Source: Octopus bimaculoides (Eukaryota). Taken from it: 64,000 nt of DNA. The translations under genes and the position numbers were made by a program. Shown here piece by piece: positions 24,961 through 37,615 of this stretch. Where the stretch lies: assembly GCF_001194135.2 (NCBI RefSeq), contig NC_068992.1, forward strand, positions 15,639,155-15,703,154, in the 5' to 3' direction. Under the pieces are notes generated by a model. It had not been told where the DNA came from and searched no databases. It saw only the letters and a program-made list of their open reading frames with translations. The first letter of the stretch is position 1; every line of letters begins with the position of its first letter.

Positions 24961-27099
24961 GTGAATAATTTTGGTATCCCCACCCCACATCACTCTTGCA
25001 AACCAATGAAATACCCTTCAGAGGTCCTCAAAATAAATGACAAGGAAACTATGAACAGCATCACAGAAACTTCCTGGAATGTGAGAAATGTTCTTCGAAA
25101 GAAAATTGAGTTTTGAAAGTATAGTAGGATGAGAAGGAATCGAAGAGAATTCTAGATGAGTTTTGCAAAATATTTCATGGTATGAATTCTTTCAGCATCA
25201 GTAATCAAACCACTTTTATTTCTAAATTAAAGAAGTGTGTTCTTATATACATATATCAAGCAAACTTACATTTAGATGCATTTTATATGCAAAAAAACTG
25301 ATTGGTTTTATAAGGAACAAATGGTGTGTGTTTGTGTGTGAATGCATAAATATGATAGAATATATACTTTGTAAGATTGTACAATATATTTCCTTTTTTA
25401 TATATATAAAATGGTAAAAAGGAATCAGGAAAGGAAGAATGTACCCAAAGAAACAGATAATTACATGGAAAACTTGATAATTTAAAAACATTTCCATTGT
25501 TGAATACTTCCAGAGAAAAGCAATCCTTTATAAATAATTGATGCTAGAAACTTAATATTAAAAGAATCTTCATTAAAAAAAAGAACACCAGACAGTTCTT
25601 TTGTAACTGGAGCCATGCAAGATCCTTGGTGGCTTGACTTGCCAAAATTATGCAGAATCTTCAACATTCTATAGAAAATGAGAGTAAAGTATCAAAAGGA
25701 ATTGTGGATGTTCCCATGAGGATGATTGAAGTTCAAGAGAGAATAGTGTCTCAGTTTTCATGTAAGGAACTAAGTTCCAAATATGATTCTTTAGTCTCTA
25801 CAAAGTTCACTGATACGTGAAAATGATACAGCTAGCTGTCACTTGCAAGCAAATATGGCTTGGAAACATGTACCATGACTTCACTTACTGTTTTATGTAG
25901 CCATGAACAAACCTAGTTACCTTTTTAGCTCACTCACCCTTGACCCAGCAAAACATCCAGAATGTGACAACTGGAGGGAAAGAGGGTTTCCCCAGCATGC
26001 AGCTGGTACACATTACAACTGAGTAGATAGGGGCAATGTGAAATGAAATGAAACGCCTAACTCAAGGATATAGTACGCTGTCCAAGTCAGGAATTGAACT
26101 TGTGACATTATGATCATGAGCAGAACATTCTAATTACTGGTGAAGGCAAATAGAGTGGTTGCCAAAAACCAGACTGTCTTGATATAAAACAAAGCATCTC
26201 TGAAGGGTGGAGGTGAATTAGCCACATGCAGAAACATTGATCAGTGATTGCAGTCCTGCAACTAATCTTTTAAAAGCATTTTAAAAGTCAATAAAGAAGT
26301 TTCAGTTAATACTTTCTAAGAGGATGCATGGAAGCATAAACTGAAATGAAATGCTGTTCAAAAGTAGAGAGTGAGATGGACTTGTGAAGCATCCTATAAG
26401 GATAAACAGCAATCATATCAAGACTACTTTTCTAGATTTTGCCATCAAGCATGAAGATTATTTGTCTTAATCTCTGCTATTGTTAATGATAGTTGTTTCT
26501 AACTTAAGCTCAAGACCAGTGCTTTTGATGGGAGAGGGTTAGCTAATATCCTCATCTCAGTAGTTGATGGGTACTTTGCTTTATCAGCCCCCTGAGGAAT
26601 GAAAGACAGATTTGAACTTGGTGGAATTTGAACTCAGAAAAGAAAACAAACAGAACAAACACTGCAAGGCATTTTTCCCAACAATTAATGGTCTCACCAA
26701 TTTATTGCTTTAATTTAATAACCCTTTCTACAGAAGGCACAAGGCCTGAAATTTGTGGGGAAGGGACTAGTCAATTACATTGACCCCAGTGTTTCACTGG
26801 TGCTTAATTTATTGACCCCAATGTTTCACTGGCATTTAATTTTTCGACCCTGAAAGGCAAAGTCAACGATGGTGCAATTTGAACTCAGAACGTGAAGATG
26901 GACAAAATGCTGCCAAGCATTCTGCCTGCTGTGCTAACAATTCTGCCAGCTCACTACTTCATTGTTTTAACTCAATAATAATTATTATTAGCAACAGAAG
27001 CAGTATTACTACCAAAATCTTTATATCCAACTTGACATAGATGCCTTACTAGAACACTGAAGAGTGCACTGTTAACCTTGAGAGATTCTCTCATAATGT

Positions 27100-27795
27100 T
27101 TATAGTAAAAAAAGCTCACATTTTTGCCATAATGGATCGGGTCTTCCACGGATAGAAATTATCAGTTGAGCATATTCATTTGTTTCCTCTGCAACAGTTT
27201 CAAAAGAACTTTTCGGTAAAAATAAAAATAAATAGTCCAATGGTTGACCATCGGGAGGTAGACTGTGTTGTGGACTAGTCTTTTCTGTGAAATTAGGAAT
27301 TCTGGTTGATGTAGTAATCTTCATTTATGTTGCCGTAATGTTTTCAATATCATTTTCATCACTTTCATTTCTATCACTTTCATTATCAAAATCTTCCTCA
27401 TCTGACGAAGATTCATAAATATCAATATCAGATTCATCCAAAGACGAATCATTGCTGTTTCCATTTATATTTTGTACAGCATCAAGAGTAAAACCTTCAA
27501 AGTCAGAATTGCTACTTGTTGATGCCATATCGTTAAAAACTAAGATATACATCTCTTTTCAAAAGTTGAAAAATATCAAGAAGTCTCAAAAATTTCATAA
27601 TATTTTTACTTGATTAAAGGCAGGGAATGCTTTAAACCGCATTATCTCAAAGCTACAAGAATTCAATAATGTGATTTGTTTATTTTTTTAGCAATTTTGT
27701 TGGGGAATCAGATAGGGCTAGATTTGGCCGGTTCAAAGAAACAAAGGGAAATTATTCTTGGCTGGTTTTGACCAGTTTGAGCACTAAAAGATTAA
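27100..27795 (-). mobile_element. piggyBac transposon 5' fragment with degenerate transposase N-terminus
   Basis: Terminus TTAAtcttttagtgctcaaac (TTAA 27792-27795). Acidic N-terminus MASTSSNSDFEGF..ESSSDEED.., one stop, then PNFTEKTSPQHSLPPDGQPLDYLFLFLPKSSFETVAEETNEYAQ..RPDPLW (PGBD4-like). Confidence 0.8.
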
Positions 27796-27901
27796 AGAAG
27801 AATGAACAGCTTCAGAAATCAAAGAAGAATAAAATGAAACTCAGACCAACATGTATCGGAATATCAATGTCTAATAAAAATAATGAAAATTAAATACTAA
27901 C

Positions 27902-27991
27902 ATCTCATCACTGTATTTGTCTTCATTGACTTCAAGTTTTTTATGAAGTGAATCTTCGTGATCAGCAAGAAGTTTGGATGTTTTCTTCAGG
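27902..27991 (-). CDS. SIX6OS1: Internal coding exon (90 nt, phase 2-2) of SIX6OS1-like gene: LKKTSKLLADHEDSLHKKLEVNEDKYSDE(M)
   Basis: Acceptor ttttctctaattttatttcAG, donor GTtagt. Phase-compatible with both flanking exons. Ungapped match to recalled human WKPTCDVFRKHEDYMQDQFTVYQGTVEKD (K.T, HED, V). Confidence 0.8.
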
Positions 27992-28315
27992 CTGAAATAA
28001 AATTAGAGAAAACCTGAAAGTTTCATAAAATAAAACTTGTATGAGCAGACCCATTCATTTGTTTTATGCCCATTTTTTTTAATGCTAGCATAGGTTGAAT
28101 GTAAACTTATTTGAGGCAAATATTTTCATTACTGGATGTTCTTTCTGTCATCAGCTCTTTGCTGTTTTACAAGTAAAGAATTATTCATTTCACTACTTCA
28201 AGAGCACAGAGCTAAAGATCATACTGTTCAAGTGGAAAATAAATACAACACAATTTGGTGCTCAGATGAGCACAGGCAAGAAACAGAAATGACAACTTTC
28301 ATGAATACACATATA

Positions 28316-28825
28316 CACGGGTTGAACAAAATAATGGAAACGCCTAGCATCATGGCATCATAATTTTGAAATATCTATAAAACTGTCAAAAGTTTGTTTA
28401 TCTTTATGCTTTTTGATTTATTATTAGTGTTGCTTAATATGTTTTGCTAAAATTGCTGTTTCTTTTCAGGTATCATCAGAAAAAGGTCATTAAAATGACA
28501 GATCTATTGGACTTTCAAAGAAGTCAAATTGTTGGTGCTCATATGGCAGGTAATGAAAACAGCCGAAATGTTTGGTGTATCAAGAAGCACTGTCTCGAAA
28601 GTAATGACAGCCTTTGAGAAAGAAGGAAAAACCTTCTCGTCAAAACAAAACTCCGGACGAAAACCAAAACTTTCAGATAGGGACCGTCGGACTCTTATGC
28701 AAATTGTTAGAAAGGATCACAAAAGTACAGCTCCCAAAATAACTGCAGAACTTAATGACCTCAAACACCCAGTTTCCACAAAAACTGTTTTGCCAGGAGG
28801 TGCACAAAGCCGGGAGTTCCAATAG
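28316..28825 (+). mobile_element. Tc1-family transposon 5' fragment (TIR plus paired-like DNA-binding domain)
   Basis: TA then cacgggttgaacaaaataatggaaac TIR-like end. Translation AEMFGVSRSTVSKVMTAFEKEGKT..SGRKPKLSDRDRRTLMQIVRKDHKSTAPKITAELN. Confidence 0.85.
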
Positions 28826-28992
28826 TATTTAAAATTGGTCATTCACACAAGGTACAGGAAACTTATATGTATACCATTCTGCTTAAATAATGGAACTGCA
28901 GATACAATATCACGTCTGTTTTCATTCCTCCACTTCACTCTCTATTTCATATCCTCTCTAGAATAACTATTGCTTAATCATTTCCTCACAAC

Positions 28993-29040
28993 GTCTCCGA
29001 TGAAGGGATATATAAAATATCCTGGAAACAGCTGCAAGAC
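28993..29040 (+). ncRNA. Minimal type I hammerhead-like motif in a Penelope-like repeat end
   Basis: GTCT CCGATGA AGGGATAT-ataaa-ATATCCTG GAAA CAGCTG CA AGAC. Stem I gtct/agac, stem II and palindromic stem III present. Core has U4C and the cleavage triplet reads GCA. Confidence 0.5.
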
Positions 29041-30439
29041 CTTCTCATTATAAATGTTCTGAAATCTTTCACAGCCTTGGATTTTTATCTCATTCTGTTA
29101 ATTTCTTATATATATGCGTGCTAATATATGACCTACATTGGACTCCTCATTCGCATAATCACCAAACCTGGAGCTTAACTATAGTCTGTCCATAGCACTA
29201 GCTCAGCATTACCTCTCATAACCTCAATATATATATATATATGAATATATATAATACATAAATATACAATAGGTCTCCATGCAGTTTGCATCTAATAATT
29301 CTGCTCCCAAGGGTTTGGTCAGCTCAAAGCTATAATACAAAATATTTGTTCCAAGTTCCAGAGAGCAAGACTGAAATTAAGACCACGTAATTGCAAAGCT
29401 TATTTTTGTTAACTACACAGCCATGCAAATTTAATTCCCCTAACAAATTATTCAAATGAATCATATCAAAAATAAAAGAGCAATAAGTTACCTCTTTTTA
29501 CCAAATCAATATTGTTTCCATAAATCTTTTAAAGTATTCACTTTAGAACAATTTGTAATCCTTTTAACTTTGTTCTTTATGCAAACTTGATGTGAAAATC
29601 AGTGTTATTATAAGCAATAAAAAAGGAAAGTAATTTTATGTGCTGATAAATGTCTTATTCTAATCAAATGTACAGACTTTTATTGGCTTATATTGTTTTG
29701 TTGGCCATTATGATATTGGCTTCAAAATTTGGCTCAAGGCCAGCAAGTTCAGAGGAGAAAGTAAGTCAATTATATCAACCCCAGTGCTTAACTGGTATTT
29801 ATTTTAGTGACCTCAAAAGGATCAAAGACAAAGTCAACCTTGGTGGAATTTGAACTCAGAATGTAAAGACAGACAAAACGCAGCTAAGCATTTTTCCTGG
29901 TGTACTAACAATTCTGCCAGCTCACCATGTTAATATTGGTTTCAAATTTGGCACAAAGCTAGCAATTTTTAAGAAGTGGGGTTAAGTTGATTACATCGAC
30001 CCCTCTGTTAAACTAGTACTTATTTTATTGATTCTGAAAGGATGAAAGACAAAGTCGACATCAGAGGAAATTTGATTCAGAATGTAAAGATGGACAAATG
30101 GCTGCCAAGCATTTTTTTTTTGGCATGCTAACAATTCTGCCAGTTTTCCATTATAATATTAACTGTTAAAAAGAAGGTCTTTTAAGTTATTCCTGGAATA
30201 AATCATTCTTGAACAAATGTCTTTTACAATGAGCCTTGGGCTCATAAAGACCCCTACACTTATTTCCAACCCCAACCCCACCACCAATGTTCCTTGAGAG
30301 CATGTCCTGATGATGCTTCACTACCATCTTCCTCATTATCATTCTCTGTTTTACTCTGACTCATCTGCTCTCTTTATCCCAGTCTCTACCTTACTCTCCT
30401 TTCCTTTCCAACTGGGGTATCCATGTATCTGGAGCACTC

Positions 30440-30760
30440 TGTCGGTTACGACAACAAGGGTCCCAGCTGATACAGTCAACCAGAACAGCTTGCTCATGAG
30501 ATTAACGTGCAAGTGGCCGAGCACTCCACAGACACGCGTACCTCTTTACATATTTCTCAGGGAGATTCAGCATGACACAAAGTGTGACAAGGCTGGCCCC
30601 TTGAAATACAAGTGCTACTCATTTTTCCCCGCTGAGCGGACTGGAGCACCATGAAATAAAGTGTCTTGCTCAAGGACACAACGCACTGCCAGGAATCGAA
30701 CTCGCAACCCAGCGAGCACGTGTCGAATACCCTAACCACTAAGCCACGCGCCTTCACTGT
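30440..30760 (-). mobile_element. tRNA-derived SINE (family C; shares its 3' half with family B); also 37815-38050, 48810-48960, 53030-53300, 63000-63310
   Basis: Head gaaggcgcgtggcttagtggttagggt, then ttgagcaagacacttt and cagctcagcggg motifs. Confidence 0.75.
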
Positions 30761-30994
30761 AGCTACTCTACAGCAAAACACCCATCTCTCTCACTCTATA
30801 TCGTTAATCTCTCAACTGGCACAAAGTCACCCCAGCCTCCCTACTACTCCCCACTTCCAGTTAAGGGGGGTTTTTCTTGCAAGGTACTTGGTGACCCTAT
30901 CAGTAATAGTGCAACATAAAAAAAAACACCCTGTACACTCCGTGAACTGGTGGCATTAGAAAGGTGTCCAGCCATAGAAACCCTGCCAAAACAG

Positions 30995-31401
30995 ACTCTT
31001 TACTCTTTTACTCTTTTACTTGTTTCAGTCATTTGACTGCGGCCATGCTGGAGCACCGCCTTTAGTCGAGCAAATCGACCCCAGGACTTATTCTTTGTAA
31101 GCCTAGTACTTATTCTATCGGTCTCTTTTTGCCGAACCGCTAAGTTACGGGGATGTAAACACACCAGCATCGGTTGTCAAGCGATGTGGGTGGGGGACAA
31201 ACACAGTCACACAAACACACATACATATACATATATACGACAGGCTTCTTTCAGTTTCCGTCTACCAAATCCACTCACAAGGCATTGGTCGGCCCGAGGC
31301 TATAGTAGAAGACACCTGCCCAAGGTGCCATGCAGTGGGACTGAACCCGGAACCATGTGGCTGGTAAGCTAGCTACTTACCACACAGCTACTCCTGCGCC
31401 T
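30995..31401 (-). mobile_element. SINE family A, full length, inserted into a family E element
   Basis: Family E sequence ends at ~30994 (gccaaaacag) and resumes at ~31402 (acaatggggcttggtg). Confidence 0.9.
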
Positions 31402-32487
31402 ACAATGGGGCTTGGTGTGACTCTCAGCCTTGCTATTCTTTGTCAAACTGTCCAACCCATGGCAGCATGGCAAATAGACATAAAAACCAACAATGACAAC
31501 AGCTGCCGCCGCCTCTTGGTGCTGTTACATGCTGCAAATCAGTTCTCCCAACCTCTTTTTATTGGCCAGTGAAGATAAAATGTGCCTACTGCTGTATATG
31601 AAATGTAGAGAATTCCCAAAAATATCCCACTATATAAAAAAGGGTTAACATGGTTCCCCTGTCCCAAGTGCACATGCAAGGAACTGAATATACTCAGTTC
31701 TTACACAGCATGGATGAATATAAAACATGTCGTTTGATGCCACTGAGACAATTAGACCTTCTACTGATACTAAATTTTATTGCTCACCAACTAAACATTT
31801 ATATGGAACACAAAAAATTCTGTATGCAACATCACAAGCTCAATGAAGCCCACAGACTATAGTTTGCTAATCCTGAATATTAGCTGAACATTCTTTGCAT
31901 CATGTCTGTGATAAAAAAAGAAAAATCAAATCATCTTTCATTGGCTCAGTGCATAAAGCTGTGAAATACCTTACTATCACCATGGGTGATAGCAAGGTTT
32001 TCAACTGTAAACAGCAAGAACCAAAAGAAATTTAATGTTTTATTATCTCACAGTGCTGATTGCGAACCTTCAAGCATGGCTCTGATTCAACCAGTTCTAT
32101 CAGCATTAAGTCAAATCAAAGAAAGAAGATAGTGAAGATACTCATTATTAATTGATTACTCTGGAGAAGGAATATAATTTATTAAGCCATTGAAAAGGAA
32201 CTGAAGCAATGGATTAGATTCTATTAAGTTACCAATGCAATACAGTTATTTGCACGGCACTGGATTGGACAAAGCGCATTAACTGTCAAATAGATATGGA
32301 CATCACTGTATTCTATTGAAGTTGCTAATAATAAACGCATTCAACTGATAAATACTAGTTCCAACAAGAAGATATCAGGATTTGTAATGGGAAAAGAAGA
32401 ATCGATTCAAAATTTGCATAAGGTACATCATATTCCTCGTATGAGAGACTACAACAGATATGAAAGAAGCATGATATATATCACAAA

Positions 32488-32505
32488 TAGATAGAGGAGA
32501 GAGAT

Positions 32506-32546
<41 letters not shown>

Positions 32547-32576
32547 NNNNNNNNNNAGAGATAGAGAGAGAGAGAT

Positions 32577-32609
<33 letters not shown>

Positions 32610-32636
32610 TAGAGAGAGAGAGATAGAGAGAGAGAA
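32488..32636. repeat. (AG)n/(AGAT)n microsatellite containing a 10-N gap (32547-32556)
   Basis: Direct inspection. Confidence 0.95.
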
Positions 32637-33268
32637 TATGATGGAGATAGGACTTGAGACAGGAATAGATATTCATGGACCTGAGAGAGAAAATGTATAA
32701 TACTGAAACAAGAAATTTACAATACATGCCATAATTTCCATGAAATATCAATATATGTATAGGTGCATGTTTTCACTGAAAGATAAACAAATGAAAATGC
32801 TGAATATGCAAATAAGTCAAGTCTCTTTCCCCTAACTGCAAGCAATCCAAACAGCAAGTACTTTAGCATAGAATACATTAAATTAGCATTATATAATGCT
32901 AATTATAAACTCTTGATTAGGTCAGTTTTAATCAAATTTATCTTAAAACCAACTTGATTGATACTCTCATTCATCTTCTTTCCCATTCACTTCCATCTAA
33001 TTATTTTAAAAGGTTATAATATATCAATTGAATGTCTAACTGGCATTTTAAACCGCTAATGAGATTTTGAATTAAACAAATCAATAAACAGAATTATTTT
33101 TATTCCCAGTTAATTAACTGACCATTTAAAAGCAATTCATAAAGGTCAGTTTCATTACCTTTAATTGTTTAGCTCCAGAAAGTTTTCGCGGACTGAACAG
33201 AGCAGTTCTAATATAATACGGAGAATGCTAAGGAGGGGAAAGTGCCAAAGTTGTGTTTCAGACATTAC

Positions 33269-33395
33269 CTGGCACAGTTGTCTCTGTTCAGTGTGTACTG
33301 TTTGTGAACTCGCTTCGTATCTTCATCAATTTGGGAAACTGACTCTTGTAATCTTTTCACAGACAAATTAGTCAACTCTATATCTCTTGTGAAAT
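33269..33395 (-). CDS. SIX6OS1: Internal coding exon (127 nt, phase 1-2) of SIX6OS1/C14orf39-like coiled-coil gene: (x)FTRDIELTNLSVKRLQESVSQIDEDTKRVHKQYTLNRDNCA(S)
   Basis: Minus-strand acceptor ttttactgtctttatttcAG and donor GTaatg. Frame is open and joins the next exon in phase. Ungapped match to recalled human EDIKENKVTICRIHETINATDEEIDHYCKHSEEIKDNCRN (shared DI, R, E, DE, K, DNC). Exon reality is more certain than the orthology. Confidence 0.8.
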
Positions 33396-35459
33396 CTGAA
33401 ATAAAGACAGTAAAAGTTTATGAGTTTTAAATAAAAGTTTCTAAAACTTTGTAATATTTTCTAATATAATACTAATTATTTTGTCTAACAAAAACATAAT
33501 TTAGAGTAGAAAATTGACAAGTCAAGTCCAGTGCTTTACTGTTTCTTTGTTTTATTGGTCCATGACAAGACTTCAGATGAGAAACTAAAAGACCATAAAC
33601 TTGTGTTTGTGTTTGTCCCCCACAAGCGCTTGACAACTGATGTTGGTTTGTTTACATCCCTGTAATTTACTGTTTCAGTAGAATACACCAATGGAAAAAG
33701 TACCTGACTTTTAAAAAAGAATAAGTGTTGTATTGATTTGTTTGACAAAAATTCCTTCATGGTAGTGCTCCAGCATGACCACAGTCCAATGACAGAAACA
33801 ATTAAAAAAATAAAAGATGAAAGACAAGCGTGTCAATGGCCTCACAGGTAAGAGGTATTATTACTTTGGTTTCGAAATAATGGTTGCTACTTTCAACCTT
33901 GTCTTGCACTAGAGTATTTTCCAGCACACAAATTTTTCAGAATAAAATTTACAGCCAAAAGAGTTTAAATCACCTCAAACAGAAAGACTGCTTTGTAGGA
34001 CCAAACATTCCACAAACACAACAGAATTTGGAAAGATAATGATAATGTTTGAATATTTACTCTATATGTTTGTACTATATACTTAATCAACTTGTTTGCC
34101 AGAAAATACAGTGTGTTCACATCCAGGAATAAAACATGAGAGAACAAACCAAATGAAATGTTGTGTAGGTGGAAATATTTTTAAAACTCTTATTTGCCAA
34201 AGATGAGGTTCATTCTCTGGAAAATTATAATCTCATTAACCATATTAAGACATATAAGATATTGACAGTTTGCCAAACATAAAATGTCTGCTGTGTCCAG
34301 CTTGTTATCTCGTTTCTTTCTATAAAGAAGTTTTTGCTTTGTTCCACTGTCATGATAACAGAGTTGATAAAAATATCACATGAAAGATATCATATTTGTC
34401 ATGCAAATAGGAATTTTTCCAATAGACAACTTGACAGCTCAAAGACAGATTTTTGTGAGTCAACATAAAAACAGAATGGGGAAAAACTATAATATCTTTT
34501 CCTAGTGTATTGGTCAACAACCTGATTAATCATAGAAGACAAAAAACACCAAGTTTGAGCCATTTAGAAGTTGATAACTTTAGCTTTTGAACCATCAACA
34601 ATTCATTCGATATAAAAATCGAAGTTTGCATGCTCAATATGATTTTAAAATTTCGTGGAAGTTGTGTCAACCAAAAGTTAGTTTCTAATTTTGGCACAAG
34701 GCTAGCAATTTTGGGGTGAGTGGTAGGCTGATTACATTGACCTCAGTGTACAACTGGTACTTTTTTTATCGACCCTGAAAAATGAAAAGCAAAATCGGCC
34801 TTGACAGAATTTGAACTGGCACCTTGAGCAAGTATCTTCTCTATAGCGTCAGTCTGACCAAAGCCTTGTAAGTAGATTTGGTAGATAGACTCTGCAAGAA
34901 GCCCATTGTATATGTGTGCGTGTGTGTGTGCGTGCAAGTGTACAATCATGCATGCATGTGTGCATATGTCTCCAACGACTGCTTGACAATCAGTGTTGGT
35001 GTGTTCATGTCCCCATTAGTGATTCAGCAAAAGATACCGATACAATAAGTTCCAGGCTTAAAAAGTACTTCCACCCCTAAACTTTGTATTAACCAGTAAC
35101 TTTAATCCTTCCTCCGCTGGAATCACAGTCCTCTGGTATTTTCTCCCAGCACATTTTCCCTACAGCTATCAAATTGCAACTGTGCAAGAGGAACATTAAT
35201 TGAGTTAATCTCATTAGTTTCAGGATTTCAGGAGGGTTTGAGAAAGTCATGAGCACAGCCCCATCCACCATATTAATCCAATAAAAACAGACTGGCTTAG
35301 TTGTGACAAAATTTGTTAAATATAGTTATAGTTTAAACACTTCTATTGAGATTTAGGTTCGAAGAAGTGGACTTGGACACAACACTGCCGCTTAGCCAAA
35401 TATTGGCTCCAATACTGAAATATTGAAATACATTGCCTACAATGATGCTTGTACCTGCT

Positions 35460-35461
<2 letters not shown>

Positions 35462-35551
<90 letters not shown>

Positions 35552-35566
35552 TGTGTGTGTGTGTGT
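35462..35566. repeat. Compound (TG)n(AG)n(TG)n microsatellite
   Basis: Direct inspection. Confidence 0.95.
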
Positions 35567-37099
35567 TAAGTTTCAAGTTTTAATCACTAAGCTTTAGAGC
35601 TAAGAGTAAGCTTCAAATACAAGACAGAATTAGTAACAACAGGAAAGAAATCAACAATGCAGTATCCAATATCTTAACACTCTTTCAAAATGCTTGACTG
35701 AAATCTTTAGATATAACAGCATAAAATAAATCTGTCTGCCATGAAATCTTACACATTTCTGTGGACATTTTCCTTAGGGGTTTAAGGATTTAGGTCTTGC
35801 AAAGTTGACATACAATATCAAAGATATGATGATACGCGGAGAAATTTGGCAGCTAAATTGCTAAATTAAATCACTCACAAATGAGACCCATTGTAAATTC
35901 AGTTTGCTCAATAATGCTATTGTAGTTGTTACAGATTTTGTTGTCAGTGGTGGTGAGTTCAGTGTTATTAATTCTGCAGTTTTTAATAACATGAAAGTTA
36001 ATGGTGCTGCTAGTGTCTATGAAATACCCAAAGATAGAAAGAACACCGAGAATGAAACCAGAAATAGAATATTTCAACAAGCAATCACATTGAATTTACT
36101 TAGCTAATGTGACAAAAACAAAAGATTCTTTGAAAACAGAACAAATTTAAATTGCTTAGTAACTAGATGTGAGTTAAAGGTGTGAAGAGAAGTATTAAGA
36201 AACCATAGAAAAGTGAGATTTAACTAACCTACATAAACATGTGTAGAGAAAATAGGATATTAGTGAGAGATTAGGAGCAAACTAATTTAGTGATTAATCT
36301 ATGGAAAATACTTAGAAAATATACAGGAGTAAAAGCATTGCTATAAGTATCATTTCAAGAGTGAACATGTAATATTTGTATACTGTTATCTTATGCTAAA
36401 CTTCCAGATATGTTCTTTTCATGCAAAAAAAAACCCTGCTAAATTCTGCAGAAACACAGGTGAAATAAAATATATTAGATCAAGACAATAAGTAATCTAC
36501 ACTCTTCAAGATATTGATTAATGGTAATCAAAACTCTACACCAGTGAGTGATAAGCTTGCTGGTTTTTGATCATAAAATCAGGGACCTGCATATCCAATA
36601 GTTAGGTGATCTGAAGCAATGTCTTGAAATGTCTGAAACAAGTGTGCATTCATGAACATTAAGTTGGTAATAAAAATGTGTTCAGCCATTTAGCCATTTC
36701 GCTTTTACTCAACAAACCATATGTACCATATGTCTTTACGTTCAGAGTTCAAATTCCGCCGAGGTCGACTTTGCTTTTCATCCTTTCAGGGTCGATAATT
36801 TAAGTACCAGTTGCATACTGAGGTCGACTTAATCAGCAGGCCCCCTCCCCCAAAATTTTGGACCTTGTACCTAGAGAAGAAAAGAATGTTCCATGCTACC
36901 ACCAAAAGCACTACAGGCAGATGGTTCCCAACAAAATCAGTCATCTTACCTCAAATAAATAATTAAACTACAGCACAAATGATGTGGTGTGTGTGTGTGT
37001 GTGTGTGTGAGTGCATGTGTGGGGGGTAGGGTGCATGTGTGTGTTAGCACGTGAACATGTGTGCGTGTATGTGCTCATGTGTGTGCGCATGCACAAGTG

Positions 37100-37615
37100 C
37101 AGTTGTCATGCTCTAACCAATTTCAAATTGTCCACCACTGCTATGGCCAACTTGAGAATACAAGAAAAAGCATCTACACGGTCAAGGAACCTGCTAGAAA
37201 TAGCAGTAAAATCTACCACAGATCAGATACTACCATCTTTAAAAGGGAAAGACACTTTGGGCAATGTAGTCCAGAGTACACACTGTCTGAGAAGAAAAAT
37301 ATAAAGACACAAGATGGTTATAGCTCACAGAGCTTTGATCACAGGGTCTGCTCAGCAGCCAAAGAGCAACAACAATAACAACAACAATTACAACAACAAC
37401 AAAACAAAGGTGCAGAAATAAACTGGACAGTGGAGAAAGTACAACAGTGCATGTTGATATATCAGGAACAATGGATGGACATGATTTATCTAAAGACCTG
37501 TGTAGTGTCATGGATCTGCTCAGTCAAAGTTGATCTTGGGTTAAATAACAATGTGTTGAGGCAAATATTATTGTACCTTGGGAGGGTCATCTTGCCAATT
37601 AAAATAACATGCTGA
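37100..37615 (+). mobile_element. Possible degenerate REL-endonuclease non-LTR retroelement fragment (NeSL/Hero-like)
   Basis: LLEIAVKSTTDQILPSLK..TLGNVVQSTHC.. and QILLYLGRVILPIKITC loosely recall the KSTYD.LP..TL.HI..C and PD...W...I..IELT motifs; weak. Confidence 0.3.

Noticed and set aside
27325-27901. CSB-PGBD3-like fusion of the host exon (donor at 27901) to the co-oriented piggyBac ORF about 350 bp downstream
   Set aside because: Available acceptors give phase 0 or 1 whereas the exon ends in phase 2, and the transposase has a stop at 27325 and is truncated.
35881-35975. Minus-strand exon-like segment with a strong GTGAGT donor as the missing upstream SIX6OS1 exon
   Set aside because: The phase-1-ending frame (INNTELTTTDNK...) shows no resemblance to the expected sequence and the acceptor is weak.
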